Shown: piece after piece, positions 11,942 through 23,874 of the stretch | Numbering within the stretch: the first letter of the stretch is position 1 | Layout: the number at the start of each line of letters is the position of its first letter | DNA from: Blepharisma stoltei ATCC 30299 | Taxonomy: Eukaryota > Protista > Ciliophora | Reading direction: 5' to 3' | Length of the DNA stretch: 64,000 nt | NCBI GenBank assembly: GCA_965603825.1 | Contig: CBFDEM010000053.1 | Location: 1,054,001-1,118,000, forward strand | The notes under the pieces: model-generated | What the model saw: the letters and a program-made list of their open reading frames with translations, nothing else | What the model was told of the DNA's origin: nothing | Databases searched by the model: none | Made by a program: the position numbers and the translations under genes

Positions 11942-13051
11942 TTAATCAAGAAGCAGCAACCCTCCATAATTAGTTCCAATAAAAATTTGGTTCGTGCTTT
12001 CATTTATTCCAATAGCAGAGACTTTAATAGAGCGGGGAACATCAATGCAAGCGAGTATTTTTACTGGCGATTTGCTTATCACGAAAATTTTGCTAGTTTC
12101 ACTCGAAAAAGCAACAACCAACTCTTTTGTATCACTCAATACTGGATACTTCTCTTTGAAGTTCAAAACCGCTCCATAGTTAGTAAGGAAAATCATGGTT
12201 TCGCCAGTGTTTAAAATGATACCGTCATTTGAGTCCGGAACATATATTTGAGAAATCGAGTGTATTTGAACTTCAAATACATTTCCGTTCCTCAAATCAA
12301 TAAAAATTGTTTTATTAAGTCCTGCAATAAAAATTGAATTGTCTATTCTCCAAATGAAATTGATTTTGCTTATATCTCTTACAAAAAAATGGTGCTCAGT
12401 ATTAGGATTAAAAATGTTAATATGCAAATCTACGCCATTTTGGTTTGTCTTCCAATGCAAAATGCTAGAATTTGAGTATTGAAATTCATAATCACTAGGG
12501 ACTTCAATTTGGAACTGCAGTGCTTCTGTTAAGATGCTTCATATAGAAACTGTCTTGTTCTTTTTGAGAACAACAAAAAATTTATCAATGTCGAATTGAT
12601 CCAAATGGCTTATATTAATGTTTGAGCTTTGCATAATTTCTCTTCTGCAGTCACTTCCTTGAACAAGATTTATATAGTTATAACTATAAAACCTTAATAA
12701 GCTGCCTTGTGCTCTCTTTAATACAACAATGAGGCACTCTGATGTAAAAAAAGCTTTATACGCAATCTCATTCCTTTTGGTTAAAATTATCCACGATGAC
12801 GACAGCAAAATTGTACCGAAAATTGCTTTTCCTCTTTTGTCGATAGAGACAATGAAATTGTCTCTGCTTCTAATTCAAATCGATCCTGAGCCTATTTTTT
12901 CAGCATTGATTGTTGAATTTTTTGGATAAAAACACTATATAATTTTTACTGTTAGGGATGCATTATTTCAAACTAAGGCTTGCTCTAAATAACTAGCTGA
13001 AGAACTTTGACCGATCTCTCTTTTAAAGATGAACTCTTCGATTGAATCCAT
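11942..13051 (-). CDS. WD40-like beta-propeller protein, tandem copy 1 (369 aa)
   Basis: ATG 13051 to TAA 11942 gives 370 codons with TGA=Trp. Beta-strand-rich, ending VSAIGINESTNQIFIGTNYGGLLLLD. Same length as the paralog at 14770-15879. Confidence 0.8.
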
Positions 13052-14769
13052 TATATATAATCGCTTTATTATAATATTAATAGCTGCTTTATATATTTAA
13101 TATTAAAATAGAAAAACTAAAAGAAACTGAATTATTAAGTGATGAAATTAGCAAATGATCTCTAGGTCAATAAATTAAAGCCATTTTACAGAATAATTGC
13201 AATTTTATATATGTATAAAAATGCCATTCAAATCACAGATTATTTATTGATAATTTTTTTGTAAGATTTTCATCGAAATTAAGGGATTAAACGTCCAGAA
13301 AATGATTTTGAATCAAACTTTATCCTTTGAAATGTATTATCTTCTCTGTGTAATTCTGAAGGCTAAAACCTATAAAAGAGGAGAAGTGAAGAAATCTTTC
13401 TGTAATCGACACGGAAAGCTAACTACTCAAAAAAGGTGATAAAAGCGTTTATATGCAATTACTAATTAAATTGGTGCATTAGTGGCTATATGGAGGCAGA
13501 ATGAAGTTTTCAAAGGTTATAAAAATAATAATAGCAAAATTAACATTCTTGTGGAATCAAGCTTTTATATAAACAGAATGATCAAAAAATATTGATTAGC
13601 ATGACTTAAAGTTTAATTTAGTTGAGCTAGAATGTTATTTGTGGAATAATTATTCAATAGATATTTTAGAATTATAAACGTAAATATGCTTTAAAATTAT
13701 TTATTAGTTTCTCCAGGATAATTCAAAAAGATTGAATTAATGGCTTAACTCTTCATCAACGACAGATTTAGGCTATTTTAAGAATTAATCTTTTTATTCT
13801 CCTGAGCTGTGAAAGAGACGATGGCAAAGTTTATTTTATTGAAATTAATGCTTTAGCATAAAAGCGGATTCATAGCCTTATTGAAGTATGTAAAATTGTG
13901 TTGCAAGTCAATACAATATTAAATTCGAAAATTTTAAAATTTTCTATAAGCGCTTTTAAGTTATTTTATGACTCCTCTTGGTACTTACTAACTCAACATA
14001 AAATAGAGCAAATAAATAAAAGAGCATATTAATTAATTCTAATAGAATTTGTAAATAAGCCCTCATCATCGAATTTAGTGCAAATAGCATGAAAATCATA
14101 ATATATTTTGAATATAACTAATCAAACTGGCAGCTAATTATCAAAATTTCAAAAAGATAAGTATGAGAGAATACTCACTCACCTGATTTGAAATAGAAAT
14201 TGAGCTATCAAGATGGGAATCAGAACAAAGTATGAGCAGATTATGTTTTAATGGCTAATACAAAAAAGTAAAACGATGATTATAGTAATAATTCATAATA
14301 AAAATTATTAGAAAATAATGGAATCAAATGTCAAAAATGCTTAAAAATAGTATCTTTTATTATTATAAGTAGATTATAATTTAAATTATTAATTCTTTGA
14401 TCTTATGGAATTTAGTGTGTACTCTATTTGCAGATTTCTAATAAATTTGATTGTTTAGCAACTTTGCAAGAAACTTCATAGCATTGAGAAATATCGATAT
14501 ATGATTTTGTCAAGCATTTTGGAAAATGAAGGTGAGATTGATTTAGTGGGAATACAGCACATATTAGCAAGCGTCTTCATTATAATAATTGATAAATTTA
14601 TTTAAGCAAAGATCTAAAAGGGTTCCACAAAGAAATTTGATAGTGCATATTTTTAGCTAATTTTATGTTCGAAATATCAAGAATGAAAAGACTTTGAGCA
14701 CCCTTAGCTAAGCAAAGCTCTCATAAATTTATTAATTAAAATTTTTTGGATTTAAAAAGATTAGCTCTA

Positions 14770-15879
14770 TTAATCAAGAAGCAGCAGCTCTCCAAAATTA
14801 GTTCCAATAAAAATTTGGTTCGTACTTTCATTTATTCCAATTGCAGAGACTTTAATAGAGCGGGGAATATCAACGCAGGCAAGTATTTTTACTGGTGATT
14901 TACTTATGACGAAAATTTTGCTAGTTTCACTCGAAAAAGCAACAACCAACTCTTTTGTATCACTTATTAATGGATATTTCTCTTTGAAACTCAAAACCGT
15001 TCCATAGTCAGTAAGGAATATCATGGTTTCGCCAGTGTTTAAAATGATACCGTCATTTGAGTCCGGAGCATATATTTGAGAAATCGAGTATATTTGAATT
15101 TCAAAGACACTTCCGTTCCTCAAATCAATAAAAATTATTTTATTGAGTCCGGCAATAAAAATTGAATTTTTAATTCTTGAAATAAAATTGACTTTATTGA
15201 TGTTTCTCACAAAAAAATGGTGTTCAGTAATCGCGTTAAAAATTTTAATACGCAAATCTAAGCCATTTTGGTTTGCTTTTCAACACAAAATGCTAGAATT
15301 TGAGTACTGAGCTTCATAATCATTTGGGACTTCCATTTGGAATTGCAGTGCTTCTGTTAAGATGTTTCATATAGAAACTATTTTGTTCTTTTTTAGAACA
15401 ACAAAAAAATTTTCAATGTCGAACTGATCCAAATGGCTTATATTAATGCTTGAGTTTTGCATTATTTCTCTTCTGCAGTCGCTTCCTTGAACAAGATTTA
15501 TATAGGCATGGCTATAAAATCTTAATAAGCTGTCTTGTGCTCTCTTTAAAACAACAATGAGGCACTCTGATGTAAAAAAAGCTTTATATGCAATCTCATT
15601 CCTTTTGCTTAAAATTATTCACGATGACGACGGCAAAATTGTACCTAAAATTGCTTTTCCTTTTTTGTCGATAGAGACAATGAAATTGTCTCTGCTTCTA
15701 ATTCAAATCGATTCTGAGCCTATTTTTTCGACACCAATTCTTGATCCCTCTGGATAAAAACTCTGCATAATAATTACAGTTAGAAATAAATTATTTCAAA
15801 CTAAGGCTTGCTCTAGATAATCGCTTGATGAGCTTTGACCTAATTCTCTCTTATAAATGAATTCTTCAATTGAACCCAT
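14770..15879 (-). CDS. WD40-like beta-propeller protein, tandem copy 2 (369 aa)
   Basis: ATG 15879 to TAA 14770 gives 370 codons with TGA=Trp. Colinear with copy 1 at an offset of 2828 nt. Confidence 0.8.
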
Positions 15880-17711
15880 TATAGCGAATCGTTATAATTT
15901 GGAATTAATGGATATTTTTTTACTTTAATTTAATTACAGAATATGTAGAGGTAAAGTAAACTTAATTATTAAGCCATAAAGTCAAGTAGCTCTAAGTGAT
16001 TTAATATAAAAATTGTTTTGCAGGAAATTTTAATATGCAAATGCTATAAAAATGTCATTTTAAGTCATAAAATTTTAATAAGATTTCAATAAGAATAGGC
16101 TAATCAGAGCATTTTCAACCAAGTGATTTATCATTCAAAAACCTCTATTTATCCTCCCGAAAAAATAGAGCTTGAAATCCTTTAAAATAAGGGTAAGTGA
16201 AGAAACTATTTTTACAAATTCAAATAAACTCTTGCTGCTCTAAGGAGGCTTTTAAGGCTATTATTATTATTATTAATTTTTTGTGTTTGCAACTCTATCA
16301 AGGTTGTCTAAATTTTTCAACAATCACATTACAACAAAGTTGATTGCAATGATATTGTATATAGCTTTAAGCAAGAAAATTATCAAAAAAATTACCATCA
16401 AATGCCGTATTTCTTTAGATTGAGCTAGAGACATAACGCGAAAGAATTATTTAATCGATGTGTTGAAGAAATTTATAAATATGCAACCCTTAGAAATTTT
16501 TATAGATTTTTATGGTCACTAATATAAGGGAGTAATTCAATGATTTCCTGCCCTTTAGAACCAGAGTTAGGGATATTTAAGAAAATTAGTTCTAATTGTT
16601 AATTAAATTATTTGGACATGGTTATTGAAAGATAATTATCAAAAGATAGCAAAATCGTTTTCAATTGAAATTTATTTATTCAGAATAAAAATTTAGTCTC
16701 ATAGCAATCCGGTTTCATTCAAACATTGCCATAAATCAATATAAAATGAAAATTGAAGCAAATAAAAAATAACTTTTTAAGCCTTAAAATTATTTTCATA
16801 AGGTCATTGAATAATAACTAAACCATAATGAAGTGTTTAATCTATGCGCAGGCTATATTTTTGTCTTAGGAAATTTCCAGCAAAATTCCTGAGGCACAGT
16901 GAGTTTTAAGATGAACAGAACGAGAACTTGATAATCAATTTTGAATATATTTTAAAGAATTAATATACATTTCTAGAACCAGGAGGACTATAAGTATTAG
17001 AGAATCTCATACAATGATTTCAAGCTGGATTTTGCAAATCAAAATGAAAATTAAAAGAGACATGATCCCAGATAAATATCTAAGTGGGCCTGAACAAATA
17101 AGAAAATAATGATTATGATACCAATATGTAATGGGAGAGCTTGCTATTGAGGAGTCATTCATTCATTAATTAAGCGCTGATTGTATAATAAATGCTCAAA
17201 GCAATTATAATTGTCAAACACGGGAATAAACGAAAATTTATCATATAAAATAAAAAAGACTTCATTATAGTAGAAGTAGGATCATTTTTAATTAAATTGA
17301 TTTCTAATTAATGAGTTTTCTTTTTCTGAATCCCTCTGAGCTATCTACAGTCTGCTTCTGAAATAAGGGATTTTTATGTCAGTGAGCTTTATACCATTCA
17401 AGAAATAAATTGCTGCTCCAAATGGCAAATGTTTGTGCTGCTTCCCATAAATAATTGCCTCAAAACTTTAGAAAATGAACAAGACCAGATGGAAGAGTAT
17501 TATCAATGAAAAACACTATTTCATACTAATTCTGTATAAATTATTACTATTAAAAATTCGGAAAAATTCCAGATATCAATCATTCTAATATAAGTAAAAT
17601 ATAACTTTTTATACTTAAATATCTACTTATTCCTCTAAATTTATTAAGAATCTACAAATCTTCATCAACATTATTCTTATTCTATAAATTTAAATAAATT
17701 TCCATCTAATA

Positions 17712-19058
17712 ATGAACTTAGGAACAAGAATCAATATAGAAGAAACAAAATTTGACGATTTCAATAGTAAATTCCTACAAGTCAGAACCATTCCAAGAAG
17801 TATAGAAGTCTATGGAATAATCCTTGCCTATATGGAATTTTGCGCACTCTATTTACAGATTCCTAATAAGTTTGGTTTATTTGACAATTTTGTAAAAGAC
17901 TCTCTATCCCTTGATCAAGATCAATATGAGTATTTATTATGGTTCTATCGCAACTTTTTTGGAAAAGAAGGTGGTATGGATTTTATTGACAATGCTGCAC
18001 AAACAAATGATTTCATAATTTTTGTCCATAAAGTTATAGAAGCAATGACATTAAAAGGCTGTACAAACCAAATCCTCAGTGCTTATAGCTTTTTGACTAA
18101 AAACTTGAAGTTTTCAATAACAAGAGCTGAAAATGAGAAGACTTTGAGCGCTATAAGCCAAGAACAGTCTCTCTTTACTATCAATTTACTTTATAGAGGT
18201 GACACATGCAACATATTTTACCCTAGAATTGGGTTAGAAAATGAAAAGATTAGATATGAAATACGAGTAGAAAGAAATAAAACACTTTTACACTGTGGGT
18301 GCTTAGTTGATAATCGCGAAATAAGAGATGCACAGCTTTGCCAATGTGGAACTAAATTATATTCAGTTGAAGCTCAAATATTGCAAGCTGAAGTTAATAA
18401 TAGTAAATCTCAAAATCATTCCTTGCCTAAGAGTGATGAACCTATAGTTCCACTACAAGTGCCAATAATAAATCCCCAGCCTCTCCATCCTCTTCAGCCT
18501 CTTCAACCTCTTCAGCCTCTTCAGCCTCTTCAGCCTCTTCAGCCTCTTCAGCCTCTTCAGCCTCTTCAGCCTCTTCAGCCTCTTCAGCCTCTCCAACCTT
18601 ATTCAGCTATTCCTCCTTGGTTCACTTATTTACTCTCAATATTAATTATCGCTTTTGTGATTTGTGCGACTCTCTATAGTTTTGGCCTGCCTAACTTTTT
18701 CAGCACAACAAACCCACTAGAATATAAGTTTAATAAAGAACGATTATACAGACAAAAGCCCAGCACGCCTTTAGATAATTTTATGATTAAAGAATTCATA
18801 ATTTTACAGGATCATATATTTGCTACAAATGATAAAAAATATAAAATGAAAACAGATAAAATCGCTTCTCGAAGCTTTGATTTGATTCAAGATTATTCAT
18901 TCAAAATTGCTACTCGGCACTATCTCCTAGAAGAAAACAAATTCGAGAAAAATAAATTAGAATGCAAAGAGTTCAGCGATTTAGAACATGAGAACTTCTT
19001 CAAAGATAATTACGATTATTACTCCAAAAAAGTAAAATCATGGTTTGGATATCCCTAA
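17712..19058 (+). CDS. Single-pass membrane protein: degenerate otubain(OTU)-like N-terminus, Cys cluster, (QPL)n linker, TM helix
   Basis: Intact 448-aa ORF. FTINLLYRGDTCNIFYP resembles the otubain His box LLYRPGHYDILY. HCGC...CQCG cluster and TM segment WFTYLLSILIIAFVICATLYSFGL follow. Confidence 0.7.
   Translation: MNLGTRINIEETKFDDFNSKFLQVRTIPRSIEVYGIILAYMEFCALYLQIPNKFGLFDNFVKDSLSLDQDQYEYLLWFYRNFFGKEGGMDFIDNAAQTNDFIIFVHKVIEAMTLKGCTNQILSAYSFLTKNLKFSITRAENEKTLSAISQEQSLFTINLLYRGDTCNIFYPRIGLENEKIRYEIRVERNKTLLHCGCLVDNREIRDAQLCQCGTKLYSVEAQILQAEVNNSKSQNHSLPKSDEPIVPLQVPIINPQPLHPLQPLQPLQPLQPLQPLQPLQPLQPLQPLQPLQPLQPYSAIPPWFTYLLSILIIAFVICATLYSFGLPNFFSTTNPLEYKFNKERLYRQKPSTPLDNFMIKEFIILQDHIFATNDKKYKMKTDKIASRSFDLIQDYSFKIATRHYLLEENKFEKNKLECKEFSDLEHENFFKDNYDYYSKKVKSWFGYP
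18477..18599 (+). repeat. 9-bp coding tandem repeat (CAGCCTCTT)n, ~13.7 copies, encoding (QPL)n
   Basis: Directly visible, near-perfect in the core with variant units at the ends. Confidence 0.97.
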
Positions 19059-19420
19059 CAGCTACTAATATAATAAATAAAGCAAGCTAATTTGATATAA
19101 ATCTTGTACTGGCAGTCATACATATAGACTTCTTCTATCAGGATTGCGTTCACTTAGCGAACACATGAGAAATCATTTTTCTGAATCTTGATAAAATAAA
19201 TTATTCTGCTCTTTATTAGTAGGATTAGTAGCCACAACATTTTTTGAGAGTTTCTATCATACTCCCATCATAGCCAGTTCCGTTGAGCTATATTCTTGCC
19301 TGCGTTTAGAACAGGTCGCCAGTTTTCGAAACATTGGCCACCCTGCAGTTTGAGTAGATATTAATTCCTGTGTCAATAATGGTTATGCATTTACGGAAGA
19401 ATTATATAAATATTTAAAAA

Positions 19421-20692
19421 CTAAGCCTTAAAGCCAGCTTTAAATGCTGGAACTCCAGTAGCAGCTCTTCCAGCAACCAATACATTCACGTCATAAGTTC
19501 CCTCATAAGTATATGCAACTTCCATGTCAACTAAGGCTTTCATTGCGAAATTATCAATAAGTATACCATTCCCACCCATAATCTCACGGCCAAGCCTAGT
19601 TGCTTCTCTACCCATATATGATGACCAACCTTTAACTAATGATGCCTGAGCGATATTTCCTTGCCCTTTTACTAATAAGGTTGTTGCTCTCCAAGCTAAA
19701 AGAAAAACAGCTTGATATATTGCAAGAATTCTTACTAACTTTTCTTGATTAAGCTGAAAAGCAGCTAAAGGAGCTCTAAATTGGGTTCTTTCCCTCAAAT
19801 ACTTAACAGAGTGCTCATAAGTCCCTCCTACAAGCCCAGCAACTAGCCAGGCCAAAGTCATCCTGGAGTGATCCAAAACAACATTTGCCCCAGTCGCAAA
19901 AGTGTGGCCTTTTTCTAGTCTTTCATTTTCTGGGACAAATACATCTTTCATAAATACATTGCCATTTTGGACAATCCTTAATGCGAGTTTTCTATTGATA
20001 TTCGTGACGGAAACTCCTTGAGCTCTGCTATCCATTATAAAGCCTTCAACATTTTTGGTGATTGTATTTCTGGCAAAGATGACCATGATATCTGATATGA
20101 TTGCGTTTCCAAGCCATCTCTTGACTCCATTAAGAATATACCCACCTTTTACTGGAGTTGCAGTAGTTTCAAGAGATGAAGCATCTGAGCCATAATCTGG
20201 CTCTGTTAAACCCCAGCTTGCGATAATGTCAAGGTTGCAGAGTTTTGGCAAATATTTAGCTTTTTGCTCTTCACTACCAAGCTTTTCGATTGTAAATACT
20301 ACTAGGCTTAAAGTCAGCCCATAGAATGTTGCAAGTGAAGCGTCAATTCTTGCAAGCTCATAAATTATGAGTGATTTTTCAAGAGGACATACTTTTCTGC
20401 ATCCATACTTTTCTTCAGAAATACCGAAAATTTTGAGAGGCCTAAGCTTTTCAGCAATGTCTAATGGGAACTGAGCCTTGTCATACCACTCAGCTACATA
20501 TGGGGCTAAATTTGCTTCTAAGGCTTCTCTTAACTGCTTTCTCTTGTTGTTAAGGTCAGGAGGTAGCAAATCATCAAGGTAAAGAAAATCGATTGGATCT
20601 TGTATGTAAGGGGTTTTTAAATTGGATTTAGAGAAATGCTCAGTAAGGTTTTGCCCGAGGTGGTTTGAGATAAGATTCAATCTTTTCGACAT
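19421..20692 (-). CDS. Acyl-CoA dehydrogenase-family enzyme (plant ACX4/glutaryl-CoA dehydrogenase-like) with N-terminal PTS2
   Basis: Motifs WGLTEPDYGSDAS, NGVKRWLGN, RTQFRAPLAAFQLNQEKL, GREIMGGNGI and YTYEGTYDVN. RLNLISNHL fits PTS2. Confidence 0.93.
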   Translation of the reverse strand: MSKRLNLISNHLGQNLTEHFSKSNLKTPYIQDPIDFLYLDDLLPPDLNNKRKQLREALEANLAPYVAEWYDKAQFPLDIAEKLRPLKIFGISEEKYGCRKVCPLEKSLIIYELARIDASLATFYGLTLSLVVFTIEKLGSEEQKAKYLPKLCNLDIIASWGLTEPDYGSDASSLETTATPVKGGYILNGVKRWLGNAIISDIMVIFARNTITKNVEGFIMDSRAQGVSVTNINRKLALRIVQNGNVFMKDVFVPENERLEKGHTFATGANVVLDHSRMTLAWLVAGLVGGTYEHSVKYLRERTQFRAPLAAFQLNQEKLVRILAIYQAVFLLAWRATTLLVKGQGNIAQASLVKGWSSYMGREATRLGREIMGGNGILIDNFAMKALVDMEVAYTYEGTYDVNVLVAGRAATGVPAFKAGFKA

Positions 20693-21068
20693 TTATTTAT
20701 ATGGCTCTAAAGAGTCACAATCTGAAGCTCAGCCCAAATTGTTATTGAGAATCTATTTATTTAATTTTATAGATATGAAAGAAAATTGATAATCCGCCTG
20801 TCCAAGGAATAAAATACTAAATTAATTGCCTTTTCAACTATATAGTAGCAATTGAAGCTACTGCCCCATTCAAGATATTTTAACCACATAACGAAATGAT
20901 GTCATCAATTTGTACGTCATCTTAAAATTTGAACTCAAGCTTAGATAATTTTTTTAAACTTTTTTATATAAATCAAAAGCTAAATCGCACAGCATTAGCA
21001 TTATTGATTTCTTATGACACTTAAATTTATAGATTTCGTACTAATTTACATTATTTAAATATTAAATT

Positions 21069-21761
21069 TTATGGGACTCTAAAAAATATCCCATCGTTTA
21101 ATCTGAATAACTCATCAGAGGCTTTATATCTTCCAACCGATGTGCTTCTTTCACTTTTCGTGGAATATTTTTCAGTCATTTTTAAATATTTCCCAATCAC
21201 TTTATCATAATATGAATTTGTAGTTTTAGGGATTGGAGTTTTACTTGGAGATCTTGAGGTATATTCGTAAGGCTTAAAATTTACGTCTCTTATTGGCTTT
21301 CTTTCAGTTCTTACACGATATTTCCTTTTAAATTTTCTCGAAGTGCCTGGCTCTTCTTCAATTAAATCTAGTTGATATGAGAGTTTTGATTTGTTGTCTT
21401 TTCATGTAGAAATAGAAGGCTCACTTGATTTTGGAGAAGGGAGACTGTAAGAATACTCAGATCTGTCTAATGAATATGAAGAATCTGTTGAACTGCTTCG
21501 TGATAAAGGATGAGAAGAAGCACAGTAATTAATTAGGTCACTGCAGCAAGTAGAAAACTTTGGGGGAAGATGCTTGTTTGCTTCGAGTTTAGCCATCCTT
21601 TGGTATGTTTTGATCAAATTTCTTGAGAGGATTTCTTCGTCTATTTTTTCACCTTTGAGCATATAGAGAACACAATTTGATAAAGTGGTGATCAGCATTT
21701 CGCACAGCCTCCCATATGAAGTTTCTTGTAATCTTGTGCTGAAACCACTATAAACAGACAT
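21069..21761 (-). CDS. Hypothetical protein (230 aa)
   Basis: ORF 21402-21761 continues through its TGA to TAA at 21069-21071. Confidence 0.75.
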
Positions 21762-22089
21762 TTAAAATTTATAAAATAATTTTTTGAGAGTGAGCAGAAT
21801 GAGGCATCTCTAATTTAGAAATATGTTTGAATATAATATTTGATAAATGATTTAATAGATATATAAGCAATATAGTGCTTAAATCTCTCAAAATGAATTA
21901 TAAATGCCAATAAATTTACAGTGTTTTCTAAAATATCTATAAAAGAATATATAGTATAGCCAATTATTAAAAAACACACTCAGAATAATGTTATGCTTGG
22001 ATAGATAGATCCTTTATCTAATTTACTTGGCTTAGCAAAAAATTCTAAATTGCTGAATGTTATAATAAATTAAGTAAGCAATATTATTT

Positions 22090-23614
22090 ATGATAATCGA
22101 TGAAAAATTGCAGTCCTATTCAGCATCTTCAATGGTTTCAAATAGCGATAATTCACTTGCTAGCATCAGATTGCTTCTTAACACACCTCCTTATCAAAGA
22201 ACACACAAACAAATTGAAACGCTGCTTACGTTAACACAGAATATCAAATTTTTTAAAGAGCAAGTCAAGGAGAATGGTGAAGAAATTCATTATCAAGCCT
22301 GCCAATTCATGAGCTATGAGCTCATTCAAGCAGATCAGGTATCAAATTATTTAGTATGTTTTCAAATTTGGGGAGTTTGGCGACAAATTCTACATAATCC
22401 TTCAAGGAAGGGCCAAAATTTTTGTGCCTTTTGTATCTGATGTTGACAAGAAAGAGAAAAAAACTGAAATGGTCGAAGTAGGTGAGTATGGACCTGGATC
22501 AGCATTTGGAGAGTTATCATTAATTAAAGACATGCCCAGGTCCGCTTCAATCTTGTGTATTGCTGACACAGAATTTGCTGTTTTATATAAGGATGATTAT
22601 TTGAGAATTCTTGGAAAATCAGAGACAATAAGATTAGATGAAATGATTGGATTTTTTCAGACGATGCCTATGTTTAAAAATTGAGGGAAAAAAGCTATTG
22701 GAAGATTAACTTATTTTTTCAAGGATAAAAGTCTTGTAAGGAATGATATACTTTATAAACAAGGAGATGAGTCGGAATATGTATATATTGTAAAGCAAGG
22801 AACCCTTGAGCTAATAAAAGAAATCAGCTTAATTCATCAAGAAAAATCTCCTTCTTACCATGAATCTGGACATTTGAGAATTGAGCCTAGTTTTTCTCCA
22901 AGGAGACATAGAGCGAGAGTTGCTCTATTAGAAGTTGGTGAAATGATAGGTGATGAAGAAGCTTTAACTGACTCTGCAATGCACTTTACTTGCAAATGCT
23001 TTTCTTCAGTCGCTGAAATACTTTGCATCCCGAAAAAAGAATTCATCGCTAGGATCCGACATGAAGACACTTTGAATTTTTTATATGAAAAACACAGAAT
23101 GAAAGAAGATTTCAGAAATTTCACCCTCGAAACTGTCACCTCAATAAATAGCTCTAAAATGACTCCTCCTCCTATTCAATGTGAAAGCTTCAGCAAAACT
23201 CCTCCACCCTCAGTAAAGTATTTAAGTACCCCAACGCTCATTAAATTCACACCTAAAACAACGAAAACAAAACTTTGCACAAGTCCATTAAAATGCAGAC
23301 TAGCACCTATCAGCCCAAAAAAATTCAGAGCCATTAAAAAGGCAGCAATTGGAGATTGTGATGAAACAAAAAATACCCAAGAATCTTCGCTTGAATCACC
23401 AAAAACTAATTATCATACACTAGGACTGTTTAAGGGATCTAAAGTCAAGCATTCTCTTAAAGTATTAACTAGTTCGAAAATATTTGATGTATCAAAAGCA
23501 GATTTAAATTTGTCATTAGGACCATTGAAAAGAAAAAGTGCAGTTAGTCTTAAAAAAATCGTTGCACCTGTTCCAATTAGTTTGATTAGATTCAATAACA
23601 GCAATTTTAATTAA
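22090..23614 (+). CDS. Tandem cyclic-nucleotide-binding domain protein (exons 22090-22338, 22355-23614)
   Basis: Removing a 16-nt intron creates YVFKFGEFGDKFYIILQG...FGELSLIKDMPRSASI. TGA 22682 reads as Trp (MFKNWGKK). A second cNMP-like domain follows (LYKQGDESEYVYIVKQG...MIGDEE). Confidence 0.9.
22339..22354 (+). other. 16-nt spliceosomal intron GTATCAAATTATTTAG
   Basis: Removal corrects a frameshift inside the cNMP domain. A at position -6. Confidence 0.92.
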
Positions 23615-23874
23615 TAAATTATATTATGAGAGATTGATAGCAATTAAATAAAATCTTTTCACTGTGGGAGTACAGCAACTATTATAGAGTAAGAATAAGC
23701 AAAGATTAGGAATAATAATTATATGATCATCAAATAATTAAATTACGATTTGCAGATAAAAATATATCTAAACTTTCTTTAAAATAAATTCTTTACATCA
23801 AAAACAAATGCAATTATTATAGATAAGTCATATCAAGGTTATTTTACCATATTATTATTAAAAAATTTGTAGAG

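Larger units (their letters stand above)
11930..17100. repeat. Tandem segmental duplication with a ~2.8-kb unit (gene plus diverged upstream DNA); boundaries approximate
   Basis: Coding offset is 2828. Upstream matches: TATAAAAATG(C/T)CATT 13214/16045, TTGAGCTAG 13622/16420, CAGA(T/G)TTAGG 13763/16562. Confidence 0.75.

Noticed and set aside
18477-18599. Tandem repeat as a CRISPR array or telomere
   Set aside because: No spacers, it lies in frame within a CDS, and it does not match ciliate telomeric repeats.
19100-19380. Slightly GC-richer spacer that might be a gene relic or ncRNA
   Set aside because: No minus-strand frame gave a recognisable product and I saw no tRNA or snRNA structure.
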